A stretch of DNA of 64,000 nt. Origin: Somniosus microcephalus (taxonomy: Eukaryota). The translations under genes and the position numbers were made by a program. This document shows positions 23,201 to 36,209 of this stretch, piece after piece (position 1 is the stretch's first letter; the number at the start of each line of letters is the position of its first letter). The stretch is from the NCBI GenBank assembly GCA_052327205.1, contig CM126202.1, positions 179,366,001 to 179,430,000 on the forward strand, given 5' to 3'. Under the pieces are notes generated by a model. That model worked only from the letters and a program-made list of their open reading frames with translations. It had not been told where the DNA came from and ran no database searches.

Positions 23201-24686
23201 CTAGCTGGAGTGCCCGGCGGTGCCGAGGGTTTTTTGAGGGCATGTTGTTGTTGGAAGAGAGAGAGAGAGAGAGAGAGACTGGGGGGAGAAGAGAGAGACG
23301 GGGGGGAAGAGAGAGAGAGAGACTGCTGGATTTAGTTTGGGATTAGCCTGGAGAGAGAGGGGGGGGAAGTAGCGCCTCAGGCCTGGCCCGATCGACCCCT
23401 GCGAAGGAAGGAAGGAAGGAAGAAGGCGAGCTCTCCCTCCCTGTCCCACCCCCTCACTCTTTCCCTCCCTCACCCTCTCTCTCCCTCCCCCTGTCTCTCC
23501 CTGCTTTACTCTCTCTCCCTCCCTCCCACTCTCCTCTCCCTCCCCCTCTCCTCCCTCCCCCTCTCCTCACCCTNNNNNNNNNNNNNNNNNNNNNNNNNNN
23601 NNNNNNNNNNNNNNNNNNNNNNNNNNNNNNNNNNNNNNNNNNNNNNNNNNNNNNNNNNNNNNNNNNNNNNNNNNNNNNNNNNNNNNNNNNNNNNNNNNNN
23701 NNNNNNNNNNNNNNNNNNNNNNNNNNNNNNNNCTCCCCCCCCCCACTCCCTCCCCCTGTCTCTCCCTGATTTCCTCTCTGTCCCTCCCTCCCCCTCTCTC
23801 TCTGCCTTTCCTCAGAGCCTGGACGTGGTGAGCCGAAGCCCCCGTGTGCGGATCAGCGCCTCAGGGCCGGCCGGTGCGCGGCCTAGCGTGTGAGGCCCGG
23901 CCGGACTCACCTTAGCTCAGGTCGCGCTCCGGGCCGCCGCCGACGTTGACGCGCTGACTCCCGCCCCGCCAGCCTTTACTAAGATGGCAGTGATGGCTAC
24001 GCTCGGCTCAGTCCCGCACCGCCAGCCTTTACCAAGATGGCGTCGATCGCGGGGCGGGCCCAGCGGGATGGGCGGTGCCTAGCTCGGGCATGGCTGGCGA
24101 GGAGAGGCCGAGGCTTCGAGGCCTGCAGGTGGGGTAACCCTCCAAGGTTGCGGCGCCCGGCGGAGGCAGCGAGTCAAGAGGAAAAAAAAGGGTGAAAGGT
24201 AGGAAAATTAATCAGCTTAGAAAAAATATTTAGAAATTAATTTACTTTTTTAAAAAACAATTTCCCCTCCACACACACAGAAAGTGGGAAAAATAAACAC
24301 ACAGAAAGTGGGAAAAATAAATCAATAGTTAGAAATCAAGATGGCAGCCACTCACCTCAGCTCAGAAGGATTAGGCCCGCCCACACACACAATGAACCCC
24401 CCCCCCCCGTGATGCACCGATTGGTCAACCATCACGTCACTCAATGCTAATGAGCGGAATTTTGCCATTTTTTGAACCTTTTTTGTATACTGTCGGAACA
24501 ATTTTTGTCTGACCAAAAAGTAAATACGCCTATTAGACTCCCCTAATGATAAGCTTTCTTTTGATATAACATGCGTGTAGGTACGCTGTATAACTTTTGA
24601 GTGTATAGCGGACAGACAGACAGACAGACAAATAGACAGACAAACAGAGAGACAAACCGCTTTATTATATATATATAGATAGAAGA
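23201..24686 (-). mobile_element. Non-autonomous Helitron
   Basis: On - starts TCTTCTATCTATATATAT and ends hairpin (CCTCGGCACCGCCGGG) plus CTAG; inserted at A|T with no TSD; removal restores the CR1 frame. Confidence 0.88.
23574..23732. other. Assembly gap (159 N)
   Basis: Run of N within CT-rich low-complexity sequence. Confidence 1.
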
Positions 24687-25314
24687 TTAAAAGTTGCGAC
24701 GCAAGTTAATAAGGCCATTAAAAAAAAGCAAATACAGCACTGGGGTTCATTTCTAGAGGGAAAGAATTGAAAAGGAGAGTAGTCATGTTAAACTTGTATG
24801 GAACCTTGGTTAGACCACACTTGGAGTACTGTGATTCTAACTGAAAAGTGCTGTCCCATCAAAATATCTATCAGTTCTTTTCCATCAGAACAAAATGAAA
24901 TGACAGCAGAGAATGCAGGATAAATTACACTCCCTGCAGGGATCCCTGTAAGCATCCATGGACTTCCAGCACCATCCAGCACCATCCAGCCCTCTGCTCA
25001 AAATACTCCACTCGCCATCTCTGTGTCAAAAATATAAGAATTAGGAGCATGTGTAGGCCATATGACCCCTCAAGCCTGCTCCGCCATTCAATAAGATCAT
25101 GGCTGATCTACGACCTCGACGCCACTTTCCTGCCCTATCCCTATATCCCTTGATTTCCCTAGAGTCCAAAAATCTATCTCAACCTTGAATATACTCAATG
25201 ACTGAGTATCCACAGCCCTTTGGGGCAGAGAATTCCAAAGATTCACTACCCTCTGAGTGAAGAAGTTCCTCCTCATCTCAGTCTTAAATGGCCGACCCCT
25301 TATCCTGAGACTAT

Positions 25315-26007
25315 GGCCTAGAAATTCAGTGGTCTGCGCCACCAGTTTGCGCCCAAAGAGGCCACTCAGAGGCTTTTGCGCCACTGGCCACAACCACCGC
25401 GATATTTAGCGGGGCGCTAATGGCGGCGTTAGCCTGTAGCGCTGCACCGCCACCGATGACGTCATCGGTGTGCGCAGCGCCCCGCTACCGCCCCGAACGC
25501 CATATTAGGTTGCGCCCGCCTCTTCAGCGCCGGCCGCAAATAGCAACCGGTACACGGGCCAACCTGTGGCGCTAGTTAAGGTGGAGGTGCGGCCGGCCGC
25601 TTTTTCGGCGGCTGCCTGCCCGCACCTCCGTCCCCGGCCTCCTACACCACCACCCCCCCCGCGGCATTGCCGGCTGTTTCCCGAGAGCCCGGCACTTCTC
25701 CTTGGTGCCGGGCTCATTTGCCGGCACTCGCGAGCAGGGATCGCGCTGTTGCAGGCACCTCCCCCTTAACAGTGGGAGGAAGGCTTGCAGTACCGCAGCG
25801 TGCCGTGCCGCAGCGGGTGGCGCTGCGGCCCTTTGCGCGCCGATATTCAGTTTCAGCGCCCCAAGTGGGGCGCGGGAAGCCTCGTTTAGCGGCCCGCTTC
25901 CATTTGGGGCGCAGAAACTGAATATCCCGATGGCGCAAGTGGCTCCGCTCGCAGCGGTAATTCCGGCGCCCAGCCGAGCTTGGCGCCCCAAACTGAATTT
26001 TTAGCCC
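25315..26007. mobile_element. Harbinger-type MITE family A
   Basis: GGCCTAGAAATTCAGT / ACTGAATTTTTAGCCC; TAT duplication. Confidence 0.9.
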
Positions 26008-26202
26008 TATGCCCCTTAATTCTGGACTCTCCAGCCATGGGAAACAATCTCTCAGCATCTATCCTGTCAATCCCCCTTAGAATCTTATGTTTCACTGAGA
26101 ACTCCTCTCATTCTTCTAAATTCCGAAGAGTATAGGCCTAATCTACACAGTCTCTCTTCATAGGACAACCCTCTCATCCCAGGGATTAATCTAGTGAATC
26201 TT

Positions 26203-29200
26203 TGTGGCAAAGCCACTAAGAGACTCTCACAGTGACTGGTACAATTGCCTTTAATCATGTTTATTACCTTTTAATGTTGGCTCTGGTTAAACAGAGCTAG
26301 TTCGACAAAATCGCGATCTGACGCGATGACGTCATCACGTGGGTCATGTGACGTTCCAATGGCGGGAAACGTGATGACGTCATGACGTCAGAGGTAGAGG
26401 GCGTTTCCAGCTAGTCCTCGTGTGGAGTGATAATGAATAGACCTGTTTAGAGCTTCTCCTGCATTTTCTTGTTTTGTAAAGTTTTAGTACATTAAACTCA
26501 GATTGTTAACTACTAGTGAGTTTATAGATTCTTTGCTAGGAGTGCAGAGACTCCTACATTGGTGACCCCGAATCCTCACGATCGGTTTTCGTGGTGAACA
26601 CAGAACACAGGCCAGGAATGGAGGCCAATGCAGTGGCCTTGAAGCTCCCCCAATTCTGGGAACAACAGGCGGCCTCTTGGTTTGTGCAAGCCGAGGCGCA
26701 ATTTGAACTCTGCAAAGTCGTACAGGACCAGACCAGATATCTCCACGTGGTCTCCGCCCTCGATAGCTCGACGGCGTCGAGAATCATCGCCTTCTGGAGA
26801 GTCCCCCGAATGCTGACAAGTATGTAGCCATCAAGACACGATTGCTGCAGGTATTTGGTCTTACCAAAGCGGGGCGCGCTCGCCGTTTACTGACGCTACC
26901 AGGGTTAGGTGACTCCAAACCCTCAGAGCTTATGAGCCACATGCTGACTCTCCTGGGGTCCGAGCCCCAGTGCTTTCTGTTTCGCGAGCTGTTCCTTACT
27001 CAGCTCCCCGAGCAAGTCCAGGCAACCCTCGCCCGAGCTGAAACCGCAGACTGCGTCGCGCTCGCCGAAGAGGAGGATAAGATTTACGCAGTCCGGCAAC
27101 AATGCTGCGCCATCGCGCAACGCCTCGCCACGAGGAGCCCGGCCCCGGCTCCGACCACGGCGCCTCCGACGACCGGTTACTGTTACTACCATGCTCGTTT
27201 CGGCCCGAAGGCCCGCTGCTGCCACCCACCGTGCAGTTTCGTTACCAGACCGCCGCGAGTCAAGCACGCCGGTCCTGGTACTTTCCCCGCGGCCACGATG
27301 GCGATCGGCGCTTCCGGGAATCTCACCTACTTAACCGACTCCATCTCGGGCCGTCGTTTTCTATGCGACAAGGGGGCGCAATGCAGTATACTCCCCGCCT
27401 CGGTCATTGAGCTTCGGTCCGGCAGACGGGGTCCCCCTCTGCAAGCGGCCAACGGGGGTTCGATCCGCACTTGCGGAAAGCGGCTCGTCCAAGTCTGTTT
27501 CGTTGGACAGCTTTTCACCTGGAATTTCATCACCGCTCAAATCTCGCAGGCCCTGTTGGGTGTCGACTTTTTGGGTGCCAACGGCCTGTTGGTGGACGTG
27601 AAAAATCGACGCCTCGTTCACGCCGTCACGCTCGACGATATTTCAGGGGCGCGCAGCACGGCTGCGTCACACACGATTTCATGTGCGTGGCCACCGCCCG
27701 ACGATTTCGCCCGTCTCCTCGAGGAGTTCCCCGAGCTGACGAAGCCCACCTTTTCGGCTTCGACCGTCAAGCATAGGGTGGAGCATCATATTTCGACTAC
27801 CGGCTCGCCCGTTTACGCCAGGGCAAGACGTTTAGAGCCCAGCAAGCTAGTGGCGGCGAAGGCGGAGTTCGCTGTGATGGAGAAAATGGGGATCATCTGT
27901 CGGTCCAGTAGTCCCTGGTCCTCCCCCGCTCCACATCGTCCCCAAGCCCGGCGGGGGATGGCGGCCCTGTGGTGATTATCGCCGCCTCAATGAGATAACG
28001 ACGCCCAACCGCTACCCCATTCCCCATATACAGGACTTCCCAGCACATTTGGCGGGGACGTCCATCTTCTCGAAAGTCGACCTCATCCGTGGTTACCACC
28101 AGGTGCCAGTGCACCCTCAAGATGTCGAAAAGACGGCGGTCATTACCCACTTTGGACTTTTTGAATTCCTACGAATGCCCTTTGGACTTAAGAATGCGGT
28201 GCAGGCGTTTCAGCGCCTCATGGATTCAGTCCTGCGGGACCTTGATTTTTTATTTGTTTATTTGGATGATATTCTGATTGCCAGCGCCTCCAAGGAGGAA
28301 CACCTCGAGCACCTTCGGGTCCTTTTTCGACGGCTTCAGCAGCACGGCCTCATCGTTAACCCGGACAAATGCCGTTTCGGCCTAGCGCAACTTGATTTCC
28401 TGGGCCACCGCATAACCCCCGCTGGGGCAATGCCACTTCGAGTCAAGGTGGAGGCGATCGCGGTGTTCCCGAAACCGAAATCCGTGAAAACCTTACAGGA
28501 GTTCCTGGGGATGGTGAACTTCTATCATCGTTTCATCCCCAGGGCAACGCAGCTCATGCGTCCGCTCTATGAGGCCCTCGGGCACGACGGGAAAGGAGCC
28601 CGTGGTATGGTCGCAAGACATGGATCGCGCCTTCGAGGAGACGAAGACTGCGCATGCCAACGCGACCATGTTGGCACACCCGCTGCCGGGAGCCACCATC
28701 GCCCTCACGACGGACGCGTCAGACTACGCGGTGGGGGCCGTCCAGGAGCAGTGGGTCGACAGCGCGTGGCAACCTCTGGCCTTTTTTAGCCGCCAGCTAT
28801 AACGGCATGAGCGCCGTTACATTACCTTCGACCGAGAGCTGTTGGTTTTGTTTTTAGCCATCCGCCATTTTCGCTTCCTCCTCGAAGGGCGCCGCTTCAT
28901 CGCGTTTGTTGACCACAAGCCATTGACGTTCGCAATGGCCAAGTCTGCGGAACCATGGTCGACTCGGCAGCAAAGGCAGCTGACGTACATATCGGAGTTC
29001 ACCACCGACGTCCGGCATGTGGCCGGTAAGGACAACGTCGTCGCCGATTGCCTATCCCGTGCCGCCGTCCATGCCGTCCAATTGGGCATTGACTACACAC
29101 AGATGGCGGCTGACCAAGCAGCCGACCCAGAGACCCAGGTTTTTCGTTCGGTTCCAGCCAGCCTCCAGCCGAGGGATGTGCCGTTCCATTCCGCAGGTAC

Positions 29201-30798
29201 TACTCTACTCTGCGATGTTTTGTTGGGTGCACCCCGTCCGATTGTCCCGTCTAAATGGCGCCGGGCTGTTTTCGATGCCATACACGGCCTATCGCATCCT
29301 GGAATGCGGGCGTCGCAAAAGCTGCTGGTCTCCAAATTCGTATGGAGGGGAATACGCAAAGGCGTCAGAGACTGGGCGAACACTTGTGTTGTTTGCCAAC
29401 GGGCCAAGGTGCAGCGGCATGTCAGGGCCCCGCTCGCCATCTTCGAGGTCCCGGAGCAGCGATTCGATCACATTCACATTGACTTAGTGGGCCCGCTTCC
29501 ACCGTCCCGGGGCTTTACGCACCTTTTGACAATGGTGAATCGCACCACGAGGTGGCCTGAGGCAGTCCCCATGACGTCCACCACCTCTGCGGATGTTGCT
29601 CGAGCTTTCGTTTCATCATGGGTAGCCCGGTTTGGTGTCCCTGCGGATATTTCGTCGGATTGTGGGCCGCAATTTTCGTCCGAACTGTGGAATGAGGTGG
29701 TTTCCGTGTTGGGCGTTAAACTCCACCGCACTACGGCCTATCACCCGCAAGCGAACGGCTTGTGTGAGCGGTTCCACCGTTCCTTGAAGGAGTCGGTCAG
29801 GACCAGCCTTCTGGATGCATCCTGGGTTGACAAACTGCCGTGGGTGATGTTAGAACTCCGCACGGCGCCGAAGGAAGATCTTCAGTCGACGGCGGCGGAG
29901 ATGGTTTACGGGCAACCACTTCGAGTTCCGGGTGAATTCCTGCCATCCCCTGCGCGGCCATGGTCCGCGGCCAGGCAAAGAGAGACCTACCGGGATGCAG
30001 CCCGCTGTTTCCGCCCAGTTCCGACTTCAGAGCACGGTTTGCCTTCGTCCAACGTCCCGGGGGAGTTGTCGAAGGCCAAGTTCATTTTTGTGCGCCAAGA
30101 CGGCCATCGTACCCCGCTCGCACCTCCTTATGCAGGGCCCTTCCAGGTTTTGCAGGCAGGGGACAAGAGTTTCGTGATCGACGTTGGGGGCAAGCCTGAT
30201 CACATCTCTGTCGATCGCCTTAAGCCTGCGCACCTAGACCTCGAACGACCGATCGAACTGGTGCAGCCTCCGCGCCGCGGCCGGCCACCGGCCGCTGCCA
30301 CACCTGACAGCGCCGTGTTACCTGCCAGCTCGCCGCCTGCTCAGCGTTTTCCCCTCCGGGAATTTAGGAGTCGGTCCAACAGGCTTGTCCGACCTCCTCA
30401 GCGATTGACTCTTCTCGTTAAAGACAATTCTGGGGGGGCGTATGTGGCAAAGCCACTAAGAGACTCTCACAGTGACTGGTACAATTGCCTTTCATCATGT
30501 TTATTACCTTTTAATGTTGGCTCTGGTTAAACAGAGCTAGATCGACAAAATCGCGATCTGACGCGATGACGTCATCATGTGGGTTATGTGACGTTCCAAC
30601 GGCGGGAAGTGTGATGATGTCATGACGTCAGAGGTAGAGGGCGTTTCCAGCTCGTCCTCATGTGGAGTGATAATGAATAGACCTGTTTAGAGCTTCTCCT
30701 GCATTTTCTTGTTTTGTAAAGTTTTAGTACATTAAACTCAGTTTGTTAACTACTAGTGAGTTTATAGATTCTTTGCTCGGAGCGCAGAGACTCCTACA
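26203..30798 (+). mobile_element. Full-length Ty3/Gypsy LTR retrotransposon (frameshifted)
   Basis: 356-bp LTRs 26203-26558 and 30443-30798 with about a dozen differences; PBS TGGTGACCCCG (tRNA-Trp type); G-rich PPT; 4-bp TSD TCTT/CCTT. Confidence 0.96.
26618..30530 (+). pseudogene. Gypsy gag-pol (gag, protease, RT, RNaseH, integrase) with several frameshifts
   Basis: LKLPQFW..WFVQAEAQF, FLCDKGAQCS, VDLIRGYHQ, YLDDIL, TDASD, HIDLVGPLP, PPYAGPF. Confidence 0.92.
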
Positions 30799-31100
30799 CC
30801 TTCATGGAACTGCCTCTAAGGCAAATATATGCTTCCTTAGATAAGGAGACCAAAACTGTACAGTACTCCAGGTGCTTTCTCACCAACGTCCTGTACAATC
30901 GTAGCAAGACTTCCTTACTCTCATACTCCAACCCCCTAGTAATAAAGGCCAACATGTCATTTGCCTTCCTAATTGCTTGCTGTCCCTGCATGCTAACTCT
31001 CTGTATTTCTTGTACAAGAACACCTAAATCTCTTTGAATACCAACATTTAATAGTTTCTCACCATTTAAACCATATTCTGTTTTTCTATTCTTCCTACCA

Positions 31101-31488
31101 TCTCATTGAAACTTATAAAATTCTAACAGGACTAGACAGACTAGATGCAGGAAGGATGTTCCCGTAGGCGGGGGAGTCCAGAACCAGGGGTCATAGTCTA
31201 AGGATAAGCGGTAAGCCATTTAGGACAGAGGTGTGGAGGAATTTCTTCACCCAGAGAGTGGTGAACCTGTGGAATTCTCTACCACAGAAGGCAGTTGAGG
31301 CCAATTCATTAAATATATTCAAGAAGGAGTTAGATATATTTCTTAAGGCTAAAGGGATCAAGGGATATGGGAAGAAAGCAGGGATAGGATACTGAGTTTG
31401 GATGATCAGCCATGATCTCATTAAATGGCGGAGCAGGCTCGAGGGGCCGAATGGCCTACTCCTGCTCCTATCTTCTATGTTTCTATGT
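31101..31488 (+). mobile_element. CR1 3' fragment
   Basis: LIETYKILTGLDRLD..; tail TTCTATGTTTCTATGT. Confidence 0.88.
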
Positions 31489-31974
31489 AATGGAGGAGAA
31501 TGTGTGTAGAGAGGGGGCAACATAGAGGTGAAAAGGAAAGGTTGAAAAAAGAGATCAAGCAAATGAAAATAAAAATTGGAAACTATCCTCATTTATGCAT
31601 TCAGTAGATGGCTCAGACTGTGCTTCACATTGGAAAATAATAATTCAGTGTCAATATAGCTTGTACCACATGCACCTTGGAATAGTTCAATGAAAAAAAA
31701 GGCACATAAATGTAATGGAATAATGCACAAGGCAGCAGTGCAGTGGCAATGTTATGAGAATGTACAATATATATAAAACCTTAAAAACAATAATAATTTC
31801 TCTTACTGCTCCAAGATTTAGAATTAAGTTTTCCTTTAGCTGTATGTTCCCGGCCACCTGCTGTCTGACCCATTGCCTGGGTAATACATGTGACAGTGAT
31901 AGACTCAACATGGTTCTTATCGAGCTAAACATCCCTCACTCCTTTAAATTCACTGCCAGCTACTTGGTTTTGTA

Positions 31975-32120
31975 CGTAGGAACATAGGAACAGGACTAGG
32001 CCATTTAGCCCCTCGAGCCTGTTCCGCCTTTCAGTGAGATCATGGCTGATCTGCGACCTAACTCCATATACCTGCCTTTTCCCCGTATCCTTGGTTAACA
32101 AAAAGCTATCAATCTTAAGC
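31975..32120 (-). mobile_element. Short CR1 3' tail fragment
   Basis: AGGAACATAGGAACAGGACTAGGCCATTTAGCCCCTCGAGCC, as in other CR1 tails here. Confidence 0.7.
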
Positions 32121-32282
32121 AGGTGCGCTATGAGTGGCTTTGTAAACAAAGTTATATGGCTGGTACTATAGTATTAAGAGGTCTTTTGTTTTGGCAGCAG
32201 ATCATCCAGAAAATACACAGAAATCTTCAGTGAAACATCTGACATAACAATGATATAATTGGTTCTAATCTTTACTTTCAAG

Positions 32283-32478
32283 GAGCAGTACTTATCCCCG
32301 GAGCTTTTATTGGTCAAATTGTTAGTGGGATCATCATTTCCAAGTTGAAGCTCCAATGTCGAAATATGATTAAAATGGCTGCAGCGACATGCATCTTATC
32401 ACTGCTTTTCAGCTTGGTTTTCATTTTTGGTAAATGTTCAAATCAGCCATTTGCTGGAGTCAACCAGGACTATAATCT
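32283..32478 (+). CDS. SLCO4C1: SLCO4C1-like exon (196 bp)
   Basis: tcaag|GAVLIPGAFIGQIVSGIIISKLKLQCRNMIKMA..KCSNQPFAGVNQDYN|gtaag; phase matches the previous exon. Confidence 0.93.
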
Positions 32479-32929
32479 GTAAGTAAACGTTACATTACAT
32501 CAATTTTGTCACATTGCTTTCCTGAATGCTTTAAACATTACCTGTGTGATTATCACAAGGTATATATTTCTGTTGTAATATGTGGGACTGTTCAATATTT
32601 TCACCACTTAGTATAAATAATTCAACTAATTGGCCTCCTGTGGTGTTGCACACTGAGGGCTCGATTTTAATTCCCGAGGCGGGTTGGAGTCGGGTTGCGT
32701 GGTGGGCGTGTTCCGGAGCCGCTTCCGGCGGGATCAGCTGCTGATGTCCGATTTTGATTCAATGAGCTTGTTGATTTCAATGAGTCGCGCTGGCCGATCC
32801 AATCAGTGCAATCGGGTCGGCTGGCCGCCTCTGAAGATGTCATCACAGCAACTGCTTTTAAAGCTGCCATTCAGCCTAAGCCTTTCCCTTGTGGATTCCT
32901 GGACTCATTGATATTGTTCTATACACAAT

Positions 32930-33615
32930 GGGGGAAAAATTGGGTGAGTAGCGCCACCTGTTAGCGCCTAAAGAGGCAGTCAGTGGCTGTAGCGCCACTG
33001 GCTGCGCCTCCCGCGATATTCACCAGGGGCGCTAATGGTGGCGTTAGACATTTGCGCTGCGCCGCCACCGATGACGTCATCGGTGTGCGCAGCGCCCCAT
33101 TCGCGATATTTGGTAGCGAACGCCGCAGTTGTGCCGTTTGCTACCCGCGCCCGGTTCACGGGGCCTTACTGTGCCGGCAGAGGCGCAAGTTAAGGTGGAG
33201 GTGCGGGGCGGCCGCTTTTTCGGTGGCCGCCTGCCAGCACCTCCGTCCCCGGCCTCCTGGTCCCCACCCCCCCGCGGCATTGCCGGCTGTTTCCCGAGAG
33301 CCCGGCACTTCTCCTTGGTGCCGGGCTCTTTTGCCGGCACTCGCGATCGGGGCTCGCGCTGTTGCAGGCCCCTCCCCCTTAACAGCGGGAGGAAGGCCTG
33401 CAGTACCGCAGCGTGCCGTGCCGCAGCGTGTGGCGCTGCGGCACGTAGCGCTGCGAAATATACTTTCAGCGCCCTAAGAGGGACGCGGAGCGCCTCGAGC
33501 CGCGCCCCGTCTCCCTCTAGGGGCACTTCAACTGAATTTGCGGCGATCGCGGCGCAAATTCCAGCGCCCAGGCGAACTTTGCGCCATTTGGGCACCTCAG
33601 GCCAATTTCTAGGCC
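32930..33615. mobile_element. Harbinger-type MITE family A, nested
   Basis: GGGGGAAAAATTGG / CCAATTTCTAGGCC; AAT duplication; interior collinear with 25315-26007. Confidence 0.9.
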
Positions 33616-33616
33616 A

Positions 33617-35430
33617 ATGACTTCTTCCAGAGGCAAGGCAGCTCCTCGTTTTAATGATGACTCTCTCCATGTTCTTGTGGATGCTGTCAGAGGGTGCAGG
33701 GAGATTCTCTTCCCTCCTGATGGCCAGAGGAAGCCTCCTCAGCAGACCAAGGCAGCCTGGCTGCGCATTGCTAAGGAGGTCAGTGCAAGGTCCATATATA
33801 CACGCTCATGGATCCAGTGCCGAAAAAGATTTAATGATCTCGTGCGAACATCAAAAGTGAGCATCCCATCACACTTGCCTTCAATCTGCTTCCCTTCTCT
33901 TCTCATCACCAGCACTCTGCGTTGTAAGCCTCCTTCACATTCCACCTTACTCTTACTTCCCTTGCACCCTTTCCTATCCATCTTTGTCTCTGCACTGAAT
34001 CACTTCAACATCCTGCCTATGCACCCCTGAGACTCGCTCTCACTGTCATGCAGTGACAACAACTAACAACGCACAGGGAGCTACCTTCCTCTTGGTACCT
34101 TACCCAATCTTCATCTCACTCAAAGCTTCTATGGTAGGGATTATTGACCCTCACTCCATCACTGTGGCTGAAACACCGCTTGTGTCCCTCCTTGCAGGAA
34201 AAGATAGTCCACAATAAGAAGAAGAGAGCACTGACTGGAGGAGGAACACCTACCCTAGCCACATTGACCAGTGCTGAGGAGGCTGCATACGAGATTGTTG
34301 GAGGTGGCGAGGATCTGGAAGTGGGCGATGGAGAGATGGGCACACTAGAGGAAGCTGGTGACATAATAGAGTTTCATCCCTCTCAGAATGCAATGGAATA
34401 TGATGTTCATAGAGAATCGCGTTGTATCATCTGCTCAAAAGGATGTGTCGGCTACATCAATATCAGATATCTAAATCATGCATTTACTCTGTCACAGGAC
34501 CATCGATCCAAGGCGAAGAGCCGGACAACTCCTCAGTGGAACCTGAAGCCTCTGAGGGAGCAGCATCACCAGGACTCAGCGCACCCAGCACCAGCACAGC
34601 AATGCACACCTCGGTGGGGCCCTCGCGAGTTAGAGTAGTATTGCCACCTGGTCTATCACAGCGCACAAGTGAGCATCAGCAGATGGTTGAGACAGTGACA
34701 GCAGTGGAGAGTCCTCGGCGGAGGTCGCAGGACTCTCCGAGCTCTGCTGAGCTGCATGCAGACACTGTGCCTCTGGGGCCATCCAAGAAAAGAACATCTC
34801 AGGAAATACAGGAACAAGTGTAGGAGACTCTGGAAGGATTTGCCTGCAGGGTTCGTGCGAGTGTGGAGAGAATGGAGGAGTCCATCTGTAACATCAGCAC
34901 TGCCATGGTGGAGGCAATGGCGCATGAACGCACCACCATGGATAGGATGGCAACCTCCGTGGAAAGGATGGCTACCTCAGTGGAAAGGATGGCTACGGCC
35001 ATGGAGGAAATAAGTCGCCAGAGTCAGGAAAACATTTGACTGTTCAAAATAGAATGTCATCTCTGGAGGAGCAATGGGCAGCTATTGAGCAGAGAGACCA
35101 GAGCTTCATGGACGTCCTTTTGATGATTGCCAGTGCAGATATGGGTCGTCATGGCCCCCCTGAAGTGCAGCAAGGTGCTCTCCAACCACTTGCCAGCACT
35201 GAGGTGCGGCTGACCCATGAGAGGGATGTTGTTGGCAGGACTGAAGGAAGTGTGGGGTCCTCTCAAAGCGCTCACACAACCATGCCAGTACGGAACCCTC
35301 GGTCAGAGACCCACTTTGCGGAGACAACTGAGCGACCGTGTCAGCCCCTGCACAGCCGCAGGAAGAACAGACTGTTGAAGAGCCCTCCCGGGCTCTCATA
35401 CCCAGAGGACGCCCGCCAAAGGTGTCTAAG
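33617..35430 (+). pseudogene. Harbinger Myb/SANT-like gene (3 exons)
   Basis: MTSSRGKAAPRFNDDSL..AAWLRIAKEVSARS..RSWIQCRKRFNDLVRTSK|gtgag; exon 2 EKIVHNKKKRALTGGG; stop at 34821 in exon 3. Confidence 0.85.
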
Positions 35431-35434
35431 CAGG

Positions 35435-35600
35435 CGTGGGGGGTGGGGGTGTGGGGTGGAGGTGGGGGGTGGAGGATGGAGGTGGGGGTGGGGGGTGGAA
35501 GTGGGGGGGGGTGGGGGTGGAAGTGGGGGGGGGTGGGGCGGTGGAGGTGGGGGGGTTGGGTCTGGTGGTGGGGTAAGTGGGGTGGGGTGGGGAGGGGTGG
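35435..35600. repeat. G-rich low-complexity tract
   Basis: (GGGGT)n-like runs. Confidence 0.9.
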
Positions 35601-36209
35601 TTCCGGTAGCGTGCGGGAAACCCGAAAGTCTGGGTTTCCCCGCATGCCGTGGAGATTTAACTGCACAGCGTCCGTCTGACATCATTGGCAGGATCCCCGC
35701 CTGGAAATCAGCCTGATTGATAGGCTTGTCTTCCAGTCGGGCGGGGAGCACTCTAGAGGAGGCCACAGAACCAGGTAGGTCCAATCCCCGATCGCGGGGG
35801 GATCCAATCGCCAACCCCAGGGGTGGTCCGATCCCGGGGCGGTGAGGGGTGGTTTATATGCAGAGGGGATGGTTTGTATGGGGAGTAGAATTGTCTTGCG
35901 GGGGGGGGGGGGGGGGGGGGAAGAGTCGGGAGGAAACAGTCCTGCTCCTCCTGGCCCACAAGGAGTGCTCCCTGAGGCTGTCCTCATCTTGCTGCAGCTG
36001 CTATGATTCCTGAGGCCCAGGAACCCCAAGCGGCAACAGTACAACCTGAACAGCAGGATAAATCCAAGGCCTCCAGCGTCATTAACATATTTAAAGTGCC
36101 AACCCGCCTTCTGGGAGCGGTTTGGCTGCCCGCCCCTTGTCCTGCTTTGGTTAAAACCCAAAAGTCAGCGGGTTGGAGCCAGCTTCCCGACACGATTCCA
36201 ATTTTTCCC

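Larger units (their letters stand above)
25035..31100 (-). mobile_element. CR1 3' fragment split by a MITE and a Gypsy (pieces 25035-25314, 26008-26202, 30799-31100)
   Basis: GHSLRIRGRPFKTEMRRNFFTQRVV and AIRKANDMLAFITRGLEYES; contiguous once the inserts are removed. Confidence 0.88.
32657..35435. mobile_element. Left half of a Harbinger element (Myb gene only, transposase absent)
   Basis: Starts GGGCTCGATTTT; homologous to 16036-18060; ends in a G-rich tract. Confidence 0.8.

Noticed and set aside
30799-31488. Twin-priming inversion of one CR1
   Set aside because: Both pieces have their own tails and cover overlapping CR1 regions, so they are two insertions.
32983-33670. Overlapping ORFs in GC-rich MITEs (also 25505-26095 and 38442-39016)
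   Set aside because: High GC suppresses stops; frames are not conserved between copies.
35036-35814. Gly-rich and Pro-rich ORFs
   Set aside because: Caused by the G-rich low-complexity tract.
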